NCBI RefSeq assembly: GCF_001194135.2
Contig: NC_068987.1
Coordinates: forward strand, 81,718,751 to 81,782,750
Length of the DNA stretch: 64,000 nucleotides
Source of the DNA: Octopus bimaculoides
Lineage: Eukaryota
Direction: 5' to 3'
Shown piece by piece: positions 49,782-62,119 of the stretch. The notes under the pieces are model-generated. The model saw only the letters and a program-made list of their open reading frames with translations. It made no database searches and was not told the origin of the DNA. Within the stretch, counting starts at the first letter, position 1. The number at the start of each line of letters is the position of its first letter. Position numbers and translations under genes: made by a program.

Positions 49782-50815
49782 TGCTAGAACCATTGTTAGA
49801 GCCATCACCAAAGTTATTGCTAAAACAATTACTAGAGCCATTACAAGAGTCATTGCTAGAGCCATTCCTAGATCCACCACTAGTTCCAGCACCGGATTAA
49901 CCATTAAGCAAAATAAGTACGTGCTTAGGGCTTCAAAGGAAGGAGGGGGGCACCACAGAAATGGTAAATGGTTTGCAGCACACAAAAAATCACTTTAAAC
50001 TTGCTAAAATAATATTCAGGATGCCTTTATCTCTACAAAGTATAGATGCAGATGTGTTACCTAAGACTAATTTTGAGGAGCTGATCAAAGACTTTGCAAT
50101 TCAAAAAGGCAGGAGGAAATTTTTCAAATTTTTCATATAAAGTGGAAGTTTACAAAAATAAACATTATTTTCCCTCTTCCTGTTTTGTTTCGTTTTGAAA
50201 AGTAAAAATTTATTTTATGGTTTATTATTGTTTATATTTTGAATTCCATAATCTTATAAGTGCTTAGGGCCTCGATGGGTCTTAATCTGGCTCTGACTAG
50301 GTCCATTGCTAGAGCTATCACAGGAACCATTGCTAGAACCATCACTTGATCCATTGCTTGAACCATTCCTAGAGTAATTGTTAGAGCCACCACAGGAACC
50401 ATTGCTAGAGCCATCACTTGATCCATTGCTTGAACCATTCCTAGAGTAATTGTTAGAGTCATCACTAGAACCATTGCTAGAGCCATCATTTGATCCATTG
50501 CTGGAACCATTCCTAGAGTAATCGTTAGAGCCATCACTAGAACTATTTCTAGAGCCATCACTTGATCCATTGCTGGAACCATTCCTAGAGTTATCGTTAG
50601 AGCCATCACTAGAGCCATCACTAGAGCCATCACTTGATCCATTGCTTGAACCATTCCTAGAGTCATCGTTAGAGCCACCGCTGGCACCATTGCTAGAGCC
50701 ATTACTTGATCCATTGGTTGAATCATTCTTAGAGTCATTGTTAGAGCCACCGCTGGAACCATTACTAGAGCCATCACTAGAGATGCCACTTGAACTATTG
50801 CTAGAGCCATCGCTC
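49782..50815. repeat. 12-bp-unit minisatellite with 72-bp higher-order repeat, interrupted by a hAT element
   Basis: Units like GCCATTGCTAGA; six-unit blocks GAACCATTGCTAGAGCCATCACTTGATCCATTGCTTGAACCATTCCTAGAGTAATTGTTAGAG.. repeated at 50324-50760. Confidence 0.92.
49887..50295 (+). mobile_element. Non-autonomous hAT (Tip100-like) element with 8-bp TSD
   Basis: TIRs CAGCACCGGATTAA / TTAATCTGGCTCTG; TSD ACTAGTTC (49879-86) vs ACTAGGTC (50296-303); retains transposase tail IDADVLPKTNFEELIKDFAIQKGRRK at 50042-50140. Confidence 0.88.
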
Positions 50816-50904
50816 AACTACTTCACACTTAGCTTCAAGCTTATGATAAATGACAAAATAAGCAGATGCAACCTTTCTTTTATCAAATCAACTTGTTTAT
50901 TTGA

Positions 50905-50968
50905 TCTCTCTATCTCTTCTTCTTCTTCTTCTTCTTCTTCTTCTTCTTCTTCTTCTTCTTCTTCTTCT
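50905..50968. repeat. (TCT)n microsatellite
   Basis: Direct. Confidence 0.95.
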
Positions 50969-51759
50969 CTCTCACTTTGTCCATCTATCTTATTCTCCCT
51001 CTTTCCCACCTCCTACATTTGTACACACATACCCATGTGCATTTGTATATATATATATACANNNNNNNNNNNNNNNNNNNNNNNNNNNNNNNNNNNNNNN
51101 NNNNNNNNNNNNNNNNNNNNNNNNNNNNNNNNNNNNNNNNNNNNNNNNNNNNNNNNNNNNNNNNNNNNNNNNNNNNNNNNNNNNNNNNNNNNNNNNNNNN
51201 NNNNNNNNNNNNNNNNNNNNNNNNNNNNNNNNNNNNNNNNNNNNNNNNNNNNNNNNNNNNNNNNNNNNNNNNNNNNNNNNNNNNNNNNNNNNNNNNNNNN
51301 NNNNNNNNNNNNNNNNNNNNNNNNNNNNNNNNNNNNNNNNNNNNNNNNNNNNNNNNNNNNNNNNNNNNNNNNNNNNNNNNNNNNNNNNNNNNNNNNNNNN
51401 NNNNNNNNNNNNNNNNNNNNNNNNNNNNNNNNNNNNNNNNNNNNNNNNNNNNNNNNNNNNNNNNNNNTACATATACATATATATATCAATGTATCTATGT
51501 ATATATTTACACACACACTACAGTTTTTGAAGACTGAATCGGATTTTATCTATACCACTCGCTATAACTATTCTCAGATATAAAGTAGTTTTTAAGGTTT
51601 ATATTGAATTCTTCCCATATATCATATCAAATATTAGATGTCAAACAGATTTCTCTTCCCCATTCACTGTGCTTCTTTTAAGTTTTAATCTTGCTTATAT
51701 CATGGTGAACTCTCTATAATGTTTCTTCCAATATAAAACTGATGAATTAGAGAATATAC

Positions 51760-52262
51760 AAGCATAAATACACGCATAAATACATACATACATACATACA
51801 TACATACGTACATACATACATACGTACATACATACATACATATACGCATAAATACATGCATACATACATACATACATACATACACGCATAAATACATACA
51901 TACATACATACATATATACATACATACATACACGCATAAATACATACATACATACATACATACATATACGCATAAATGCATAAATACATACATACATACA
52001 TACATACACGCATAAATACATGCATACATACATACATACATACATACATACACGCATAAATACATACATACACACATACATACATACATAAATACATGCA
52101 TACATACATACATACATACATACATACATACACGCATAAATACATACATACATACATACATACATACATACAAGCATAAATACATACATACACGCATAAA
52201 CACATACATACATACATACATACATACATACATACATACATACATACATACATACATACATG
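51760..52262. repeat. (TACA)n array with recurring CGCATAAA variant
   Basis: Direct; about ten interruptions. Confidence 0.95.
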
Positions 52263-52880
52263 TATATGTATATCCTACAGATTGTTATCTATTATGCCAA
52301 ATATTTGTTAGTCATTTTTACTTACTATAAACTTCTGCTTATATATCATGCTGTATAAATATATTCTTAAGTAGCTAAGACATTTTAGTTTTATAGATAT
52401 AGTGGATATTACCATATTCAGATAACTTATTTACTTCGTTATGAGTGATAGAAGCACTCTTAGTTCAAAATAGCAACTGGTGTATTATACTTAAAGCACT
52501 TATTTACTGTTGAAAACTGGGTTTTGATTTGGTCGTGTCTAATGAGATTTTACTGTGGAGAGATACTGACAGACATGATGGAAACTTCTCATTCAGTTCT
52601 TGATTGATAAGATTGTAAAAATGTATTTTATATCCTGCACTAAATAAATAAACAACATTTATTGTGATATTAAAACATTGATTGTGATTATTATGTAGTG
52701 TTCCATAATTGTCAATTATAGATTTGGATGCACAGTAATTGGTGTGTGAGATTTGAGAGGGAGAGAGAGAGGGAGAAGTGAGAAAGTGTGTGTATGTGTG
52801 TGAGAGAAAGAGAGAGACAGACAGATTAAAGGAAAGCTTGCGTGTGCGAAAGAGTGAAAGAGAGAGTTTGAGTGTGAGAG

Positions 52881-52923
<43 letters not shown>

Positions 52924-53231
52924 GAGAGAGAGAGTAAGAGAGTGAGATTAAGAAGAAGAGGCAGACAATGTATGAGATAGAATGAGAGATAGAAAGATAT
53001 TAGATATGTTGCTGAAAGGAATTTGGGTAATTAATAGCAATCAAACATTTGAACTAGCTGCTAAATATCTATAAATTGCATTGCTTTTTTTTTGGTTTAT
53101 TTTCCATTCTTTTTTATGTGTTTTTATCAGTAAATTGCACTGAATGTCTAATGTTTTCTGTGTCTCTTTAGATTATAATGAGAGTTTAATATCTCAAAAG
53201 TTTTATATAAATTGTACTGAACTGTTCAATG

Positions 53232-53623
53232 TTATTGTCATCGTCGTTTTCATCGTCATTGTCATCATGATTGCCACAGCTTCCACTGTCATCACTGTGG
53301 CTGCCGTTACTGCCGTTATCATCACCACCACTACCACCGCTGCCACCACCGCCGCCACCACCACCACCACCACCACCACCACCATCATCGTCATCATCTT
53401 CGCCACAACCTCTGTCACTGTTGCTGCTGCTGCTCTCATCATCATCATCAACATCCTCATCATCATTATCATCATCATTGTCAAAGCCTCTTCATCGCCA
53501 AAGCCTATACTGCCAACACAATGGCTGTTGTTTTCATCACCACCACCACCATCATCATTATCATCATCATCATTGTTATTATCATTGTTGTCACAAACTC
53601 TGTCATCATTGCTACAACTGCGC

Positions 53624-53663
<40 letters not shown>

Positions 53664-53664
53664 T

Positions 53665-53700
<36 letters not shown>

Positions 53701-53975
53701 GCAGCTTCTGCTGCTATCACTGCTGTTGCTGTCATCATCATGGTCATCATCAATCGTCATCATGGTCATCAATCATCATCATCGTCGTCATCAATGGTCA
53801 TCAATCTTCATCATCATCATCATCAATTGTCATCATCACTATCATCATAAGCAGCAGCAGTAGCAGCAGCATTTTTATGCTCCCTTATCCTAGCTGCTAT
53901 GGGTTGGACCAGCCCTTTGATGCAATACTTCATAACCCAATGCCCTTCCTTATGCCAACTCCTTGAGTTTCACAT
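53232..53975 (-). mobile_element. RTE-tailed SINE with ~640-bp compound (GAT/GGT/GCT)n tail
   Basis: Body 53870-53975 (GGGTTGGA...GCCCTTCCTTATGCCAAC); trinucleotide tract 53232-53870. Confidence 0.7.
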
Positions 53976-54039
53976 GACAGGTAGGAACTCAGTTTTCTTA
54001 TTCTAAAATCTAAGTTACGCACATTATTGTGGCCATAAA

Positions 54040-54445
54040 ATGTACAGTGTGTTCTATATAATTATGCCAATAGAAACTCTTGCAGGTATTTATGTCTATA
54101 TAAATTGTAATGGGTGTTTAATATAATTATGCCTACATAAATTGTGACTGGTTGTTTATGATTAATGTATCTATACAAATTATGACTAGATATTTAATGT
54201 AATTATGTCGATATTAATTGCACTGTGTTTCATGTGTATATAATTTGTACTGGGTGTTTAACATAATTACACCTTTGCAAATTATTGTGACTATTTAATG
54301 TTCTTGTGTGTAATTAAATTTTACTGTATGTATAATTTCATATGTTTATATAAATTGCAGTGGCTATTTAATGTTTTTATGTGTATATAAATTTTACTTG
54401 GTGCTTGATTTCATTAAACCAATATAAACTGCAGTGAGTGTGTAT
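54040..54445. repeat. Degenerate ~30-38-bp AT-rich minisatellite
   Basis: Recurring ATAAATTG(T/C)ACTG..TGTTTAAT..AATTATG motif; same motif at 53130-53230. Confidence 0.65.
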
Positions 54446-55198
54446 TCCACTGATTGTTGTCTGATGATATTAAAGATAGATAAGGGTATTAAATAGCAAC
54501 TGAAATTTGTTTAGGCCAAATGAAATTAAACACCCAGATTAAATTTATATCGACATAAAACATTAAACGCTGCAATTAGGGGTACATGACTGTCTACCCA
54601 GCTACTTACAGGTTAATTTAATGAAGTGGTAGGTAGATCAGTTTATTCAACTACTGAATGTTTCTTATTAAAACCAATGAAGAATCTATTGAACAATGTA
54701 AATGGTTGGTTTGGCCATTTTCATTGTTGGTCAATGGTATTTCAGACACAGTAACTTAACCACTTCTGTTGTGCCTGGGCTGTTTTCGGAAGCAAGGATA
54801 GATACATAAATGCATATACATAGGTTTCTTTCAGTTTCCATCTGCAAAATTCACTCACGAGGCTTTGGTTGGCCTAAGAGACACTTAACCCAGGGTGCCA
54901 TGCAATGGGACTGAACCCAAGGCCACATGGTTTGGAAGCAAGCTTCTCAACCTCACAGTCACATACATACACATACATCATTATCACCCTCATTTAATGT
55001 TCACATTTACCATGCTTACATGCATTAAACAAGATTTATTGAAGCAATCTTTCTATGGCTAAATAAATACCCTTTCTGCCCTCAACTCTCACTTTGTTTA
55101 CAAATAAGGTGTTATTTCCCTTGATTTTTTCAGATGACACACTTTGCAATGGCTGAACAGGTTTCTGCAGTAGATATAAACAATGGCACCATCTATAT

Positions 55199-55472
55199 CA
55201 GTGGTTCCCAAACATTTTCAGGCTGCTTCCTCCTTGATACCCAGGTCACATTCCTAGAAACCCCACCCCAACTAACCATCATAAACGTAAACATCTTTCT
55301 GAAGCAAATTCAAAGCAACTGTATTTAACAAATAAAACTGAATATATTGAACCCATTATTTTGTTGTTTTTATATAAATAGTTACCCCATTATCGCCCCA
55401 CTTTTCTTCAATACCCCCTTGGAATTTTCCACCACCCCAGGGGGGCAATACCGCCTGCTTTGGGAACCACTG
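55199..55472. mobile_element. hAT (Charlie-type) MITE with 8-bp TSD
   Basis: Perfect TIRs CAGTGGTTCCCAAA / TTTGGGAACCACTG; TSD ATCTATAT vs ATCTCTAT. Confidence 0.9.
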
Positions 55473-55584
55473 ATCTCTATGATGACATTGCTTTTGCATA
55501 GCATGCAGGCACTGTCAAAGCAATGGGTAGACACACACACATGCGTGCGCATGCGCGCACATGCACACATCCATATGTAAGGTG

Positions 55585-55762
55585 ACTCTACATTTAGAGA
55601 GATGGCTAAGGGACTATCCTCACAAGTTGCAATGTCTTACTCTAGTCTGGATGATAGACAAAATGCACCTTGGCTGAATTTGAACTCAGAATGTAGAGAC
55701 TAACGAAATGCCACTAAGCATTTTGCCTGATGCACAAAAGATTCTTCCTGCTCACCACCTTA
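55585..55762 (-). mobile_element. Deu/Nin-domain-like SINE, decayed
   Basis: GAATTTGAACTCAGAATG...AAGCATTTTGCCTG...GCTCACCACC. Confidence 0.7.
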
Positions 55763-55764
55763 AT

Positions 55765-55907
55765 TAAATATCATTAGGAATTGTATAAAAAATTGTTAAA
55801 GTTTTTTGTGCATTGTAGAAGTGTAACCAATGTATTACACATAATTTTTAACAAGATCTTGTATGGACTCCCAAAGGCCATAGGGATTCTGGTTGAGAAC
55901 TACTGCT
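55765..55907. mobile_element. hAT-type MITE fragment; related copy at 61396-61610
   Basis: Ends GGTTGAGAACTACTG / GGTTGAGACCCACTG; shared AATACATTGGTTA..CTTCTACAAT segment in opposite orientations. Confidence 0.6.
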
Positions 55908-56871
55908 TTATAGAGTAAATGGACTGGGAGGTGGTGCAATCAAAGATGCTTGAATCCTTATAAAGAGATACAGTTAAAAATAAGGATTTCTAACGTTGAC
56001 ACAAGCTATAAATTTTGAAGGAGGCTACAGTCAAAGAAATCAACTCCAGTCTCAACTGTGACTTTATTTTATCTATCCCCTCTGGGGGGATGCAAAACAG
56101 GTTTGATCGTGGTAGGATTTGAATTCAAATTGTAAAGAGATGCCGTTAAAAACTGTCAGGCATTTTGTTTCATGATCCAATCTATTGGCTTTATGTAGTT
56201 AAAGTATTAAAAATAACAAAGTCTGTCCCTTTGATATCTCTACGTCATCTGATTGAAATAATGTCAGCTGTTACAGCTGTTATAAAGTTTGTGTCAATGG
56301 AAAACATTAGATGTAGACAGCTGGGAGTCAGAAAATGGCTGCTTCTCCTTCAACAGTTATTTCTGCTGGTTTATATTCAGCTGTTTTCTGAAGCTAAAGA
56401 ATTGGTAGAATATTGAATAGAATATTTCGAAGTATTTTTTACTGGTTTTCTAGGGTCAACCCCAACTGAAGTCAACTTTATTTTCTATTCTTTCTACTTG
56501 TACTTGAAGTAGCCATTTCCCTGCAGTGAGTTGAGCTGGCTCTGACCAATAAGTTCATTATGTTCCTCATGAATGATGACCATATCTGATGGTTGGCCCT
56601 AACAGGAATATTTCTGCTTGCTACCTATAAAGATCTGGCTTGCAAATTCGATCAATACCTCACTGGGAGAGGAGCAAATGGATTGGGTAGCACAGATTGA
56701 ATTGTCATAGTTGTCATTCACTGTTGAGGTGGAGAGTTTATGTTTCAGATACTCTTGTTCAATATTTCTCATGTCCATCTTTTCTAAGTTAAGTAAAACT
56801 TGTTGAGGTGGATTTTCTATGGTTGGAAGCTTTCCTTGTCACAAAACCTTATCTATTTTTCAAGTACTCTA

Positions 56872-57258
56872 TTACTCTTTTACTTGTTTCAGTCATTTTA
56901 TTCTAGCCATGCTGGAGCACGCCTTTAGTTGAGCAAATTGACGCCGGGACTTATTCTTTGTAAACTTAATACTTATTCTATTGGTCTCTTTAGCTGAACC
57001 ACTATGTTACGGGCACATAAACACACCAGCATCGGTTGTCAAGCAACATTGGGGGGAAAACACAGACACACAAGCACATATATATACATATATACGACAG
57101 GCTTCTTTCAGTTTCCATCTACCAAATCTACTCACAAGGCTTTTGCCGACCCAAGGTTATAGTAGAAGACACTTGCCCAAGATGTCACGCAGTGGGACTG
57201 AACCCAGAACCGTGTGGTTGGTAAGCAAGCTACTTACCATACAGCCACTCCTGCACCT
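56872..57258 (-). mobile_element. CORE-like SINE, near complete
   Basis: Both halves plus short internal microsatellite. Confidence 0.88.
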
Positions 57259-58504
57259 AGTAATGTAATTTTTCCCACCTCTCTGGTCCTCACATGTAAA
57301 AGCACATGGCCAAGTGGTTAGGATGTCATTCTCACAATTGTTAGCATGTGATTTCAATTCTTGGACCTGAGAGTGCATTGTATTCTTGAACAAAACACTT
57401 CATGCTACCCCAGTTCACTCACTTCTAATGAATTCCAGCAATAGCTGGGAAGTTAGTCCTGCAACAGACTGGTTTCTTGGAAGGAGTTTTGTAATCTCAG
57501 TCAATCATGGGAAAAGTATCATTTGACCTGTCCTACATGCGAGGCCCTACCAGAGGCTTGCACTCTGCTGATGTATCTCTCAGCATCATTGAGATACATA
57601 AACGACCACACCACATCAAGGACTGGACCTTGCGGTGGGTCAGGTAAGATACCTTGAGATAAGTATTCTAGATCCTTGTGTTCCAAGTTCATATTTCACC
57701 TCCTTTCACTGATCTCCTCATGGAAGAGAAAAAAACGGGTCCTTTGAAATATAAATGACATTGATAGGTCTTCAATGTCAGATGGCACAACATGTATGAT
57801 TGGAATATCTCAAGTGCATTAATAAAATGAGTGGACCTGTACAAAATAAGCAACAACAACAATAATAATAATGATGATGATAATTTCAGCTGCACCATAA
57901 GTTGCTTCAGGTGTTATAATATTCTTGTTGATGTTTATCTCTAGATCTAGATCAGTCCTGATTATACAGATCTGTTATATCACAGGTGTTCAAGCTGTGA
58001 ACATGCTGTGTGCATTCAGGGATATATGATGTTGTTCTTTTATTTTTTAAGATGTTTTCGTGGTGTGAATTAAGTAGGTTGAGTGACAGTGTTGAAGCAG
58101 TTCCCACATTGGTTTGTATTATTGTGTATATGGAGCCCCCGACCCACACACAAAAATAATAAAAATAAAAAATAAAAGCAGATAGTCAAGAAAATGACAC
58201 AAAAAAAAATTGAAAAATTATTACCCAGAGATATGTTTCACCGTGGAGCCATAAATATTTTCCAATTTTAGAAGAAATGAGATTTTCAGATATGCCATTT
58301 TATTTAATCCGGAAGCTATCATGAAATCAATATTTTTGGGATCATGTATGCCAAATGAATGTAGTGATTAGGGGAAGAGAATAGGCAGAAAACACGAGAG
58401 GAATTAACTGAAACTTACTCTTGTAGGGAGTCTGTATTGAGAGAGCTTGAGAACAGCTATGAATGCAAGTCCTAACCAAAGAAAGCAGGGTTTTTTTGAA
58501 AATT

Positions 58505-58719
58505 TTATTCTTTTATTCTTTTTCAGTCATTTGACAGTGGCTATGCTAGGGCACCACTTTTAGTCGAGCAAATAGACCCCCAGGACTTATTCTTTGTAAG
58601 CCTAGTACTTATTCTATCGGTTTCTTTTTGCCGAACCACTGAGTTACAGGGACATAAACATACCAGCATCGGTTGTCAAGTGATGTTGGAGGGGGACAAA
58701 CGCAGGCACACAAACGTAT

Positions 58720-58764
<45 letters not shown>

Positions 58765-58923
58765 ACAGGTTTCTTTCAGTTTCTGTCTACCAAATCTACT
58801 CACAAGGGTTTGGTCGGCCAAAGGCTATGGTAGAAGGCACTTGCCCAAGGTGCCTTGCAGTGGGGCTGAACCCAGAAGCATGTGGCTAGTAAGCAAGCTA
58901 CTTACCACACAGCCACTCCTGCG
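58505..58923 (-). mobile_element. CORE-like SINE, near complete
   Basis: Both halves plus (TA)n. Confidence 0.88.
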
Positions 58924-58994
58924 CTGTATGTATATATTTTTTTAAAAAGTAGATAGTGAACAAGATGAAGTGAAAGAAAATGTAAATAGGGATA

Positions 58995-59385
58995 GACAAG
59001 GCTGTATAGTTAAGAAGCTCACTTTGCATTTATATCGTCTGCGGTTCAATCCCACTGCACAGCAGCTTGAGTGCCTGTCATTTACTTTAGCCTCAGGTTG
59101 ACCAATGCCCTTTCGGTGAATTTTGTAAAGAGAAACTGTGTGGAATCCTGTTGTGTGTATATATGTATATGTATGTGTGTGTGTGTTTATTTCTTACCAT
59201 GGCCTGTTGACTAGTGTTAGTTTGTTTACACCCCCATAATTTAACAGTTTGACAAAAGAAGTTAATTGGATTGTACCACATTTATAAATAAGCACTGAGG
59301 TCGATTTGTGTAACTAAACTCTTCTAGGCAGTGCCCCAGCATGGCCACAATCCAATGACTAAAATAACTAAAAACAGATAAAGAT
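58995..59385 (+). mobile_element. CORE-like SINE, near complete, older
   Basis: Head GGCTGTATAGTTAAG...GGTTCAATCCC, 3' GCCCCAGCATGGCCAC. Confidence 0.75.
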
Positions 59386-59884
59386 ATTTAGTTTTACATT
59401 TGTTTTTTTTTTTTATTTACATGTTTGTTTTTTTAAGATGAAGAACAACTTACCCTACTTCCTTTGCAGCAAAAACAAAAAAAAGCCTAAAATTATTATC
59501 ATTTCACTGAAAAGAGATATCTTACTTCTTAAATTAGACTTCACTAAGCTCGTTATCTTTAATCACACCCAAACTCTGTTAATCTATCCTTCTTTTAGTC
59601 ATGAAGGATAAGGAAATGGCCATTCTCCTTACTTCACTCTTCTTGCTGTTAACTTATCAAACAGTTCCCCTACAGTTCTCACTATCTTTAACATTTGGTG
59701 CACACAGCTATTCAGTTCCAGAACCTTCTAAAATTCATGAAGATATCTTCCAGCACCGTATCAGAGATTATTATAAAAGTAGCAGGTTGTAATTATATAT
59801 TTCGTTTTTAGTATTTTTAAGAAGATATTTGTCTAAAGTTGTTGTTATGAACTGAACCTAAACACAGCAGCCAAATCTCCCTCA

Positions 59885-60360
59885 TACCACAGGAACAGGT
59901 ATGGTGGTGTGGTTAAGAAGCCTGCTTCGTGATGATGAGGTCTTATGTTCAGTTTCATTGCTTGACACTTTGAACAGGGGCCTTCTACTATAACCTTGGG
60001 CTGACCAAAGCCTTGTGAGCAGATTTGGTAGACAGACACTAGGAAGAAGCTTGTTTTGTATGTGGGTAAGTGTGAGTGCGTGTGTGTGTGGGTGTGTGTG
60101 TGGGTGTGTATGTGTGTTCAAGCATGTGTGTTCATGCATGTGTGTTCATGCATGTGTTCATGCATGTGTGTGTGTGTGTACATGTGTGTGTGCGTGTATG
60201 TGTGTACATGTATGTGTGTGTGCATGTGTGTGCCAATGTGTGTGTGTGTGTTTGAATGTGCATGTACATGCATATGTGTGTGCATGCATGTGTGTACATG
60301 CATGTGTGTGTGCATGCATGTCCACGTTTGTGTGTGTGTACATGTGTGTGTGTGTGCGCC
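59885..60360 (+). mobile_element. CORE-like SINE 5' half plus ~300-bp (GT/GCAT)n
   Basis: Head motifs then compound microsatellite. Confidence 0.7.
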
Positions 60361-60978
60361 CTTGTCTTCACATTTTCTGATGGTTGGGATATAAGAATTA
60401 CTGACATACAAGCTATGTTGTTCATTTCCAGTCTTCTGTGAAAAGCATTCTCTGGTCATGGGGGAAATATTAACTTGCTTGGAAACAGTTAAGGGTTGGT
60501 GACAGGAAGTGTATCCAGCCATAGAAAATCTGCCTCAGCAAATATCATTTCACCCAAGCATGCATAGAAAAGTGGACATACAGTGAAGATGGTGATTACT
60601 TTTCTAGGAAGATGTAGGTAAAACTAAACGTCAGGATGGTCACAGCTGGAGTGCTTTAAATACTTTTAGAAGTTAAATTAGTGTTAGCTTGGATTTAAAC
60701 AACGTTATTAGACTTGGATAAATTTTACCTTTCATTCTTCTAGGGTCAATAAAATAACAGTCAAGTACAGGGATCATCTAACTAACTGACCCCTTCCTCC
60801 AAATTTTATACCAAATTGCTCAGCCCTTTTATTTATATCTCTGTCTGTTATCTCTGAAACCTCCTTTTTATATTGTTTCTGATTCCTTCTTTCTATATCT
60901 CACTCTCTGCTCCTTTTTTTCCCCGCTCTGATTATTTCTGGTTCTCAAACAGCATCCGTATGACCCTTGGAGGTCCTA

Positions 60979-61395
60979 TTTACTCTTTTACTTGTTTCAG
61001 TCATTTGACTGCGGCCATGCTGGAGCACTGCATGTAGTCAAGTAAATCGACCCCAGGACTTATTCTTTGTAAGCCTAGTACTTATTCTATCGGTCTCTTT
61101 TTGCCAAACTGTTAAGTTACGGGGACGTAAACACACCAGCATCAGTTGTCTAGTGATGTTGGGGTGGGGGGACAAACACAGACACACAAACATATACACA
61201 CATACATATATATATATATACATATATACGATGGCCTTCTTTCAGTTTCCGTCTACCAAATCCACTCATAAGACTTTGGTCGGCCTGAGGCTATAGTAGA
61301 AGACACTTGCCTGAGGTGCCATGCAGTGGGACTGAACCCAGAATCATGTGGTTGGTAAGCAAGCTACTTACCACACAGCCACTCCTGCGCCTATA
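60979..61395 (-). mobile_element. CORE-like SINE, near complete
   Basis: Both halves, low divergence from 17013-17423. Confidence 0.9.
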
Positions 61396-61856
61396 GGATT
61401 TTGTTGTTAAAATTTATCTAAAATACATTGGTTATGCTTCTACAATAAACAAAAGATTTTAATTTTTTTTTTAATAAAATTCCTAATAATATTTTATTAT
61501 AAATATATGACAGAATTTTGTAAACAACAAATGGCTATGGAAGTCCATCTGAGTAAAACAAGAACCTAAGATGTCTATAGATAAAAAAAAATATGGTTGA
61601 GACCCACTGCTATAGATATACCTATCCCAGTTAATTTATTACTCTCTGTTTACTGATATCCAATTATATTTAAATACCAATTATCTACTTGGACAGCCAA
61701 TTAGCAGACTCCAAGTCTCGTTAATAAATCCAGTAGCACAATAAATTTTATCAAATAATACTCATACTTTGGTCGTTTGTGTCTCAATACTCCTTCTATT
61801 TGCATGACAAGATGATTGCTTCCTTGCTACAACACTATATATTCCTCTCACTGATC

Positions 61857-61906
<50 letters not shown>

Positions 61907-62119
61907 GTATCAACAAAAGTGCATGTGTCTTGATTTATTGATTCAGTTTTGATGAGATGACAGTTGGGTCACATGTAATGTAGCTTAAAATTACATAATA
62001 TGGACATTCTATCCATTTCCACCATGTTAAATGCTTTATCTGATTCAAATGTTATTGAAACAAACGTAACCTAAGAATAAGTGTAATAGGCACAAAGTCA
62101 CACACCCAATCAATACTAC

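Noticed and set aside
50232-50810. 192-aa hydrophobic MALA/MDQV ORF and the plus-strand LLEP ORF
   Set aside because: Alternative frames of the 12-bp minisatellite; unit variation is mostly non-synonymous in the MALA frame
53144-53966. Poly-Asp, His, Ser and Ile ORFs of up to 239 aa
   Set aside because: Translations of the expanded trinucleotide SINE tail
54461-54505. CTGATGA...GAAA hammerhead-like core
   Set aside because: The 34-nt spacer does not form stem II adjacent to GAAA and no stems I or III were found; may be a decayed Penelope terminus
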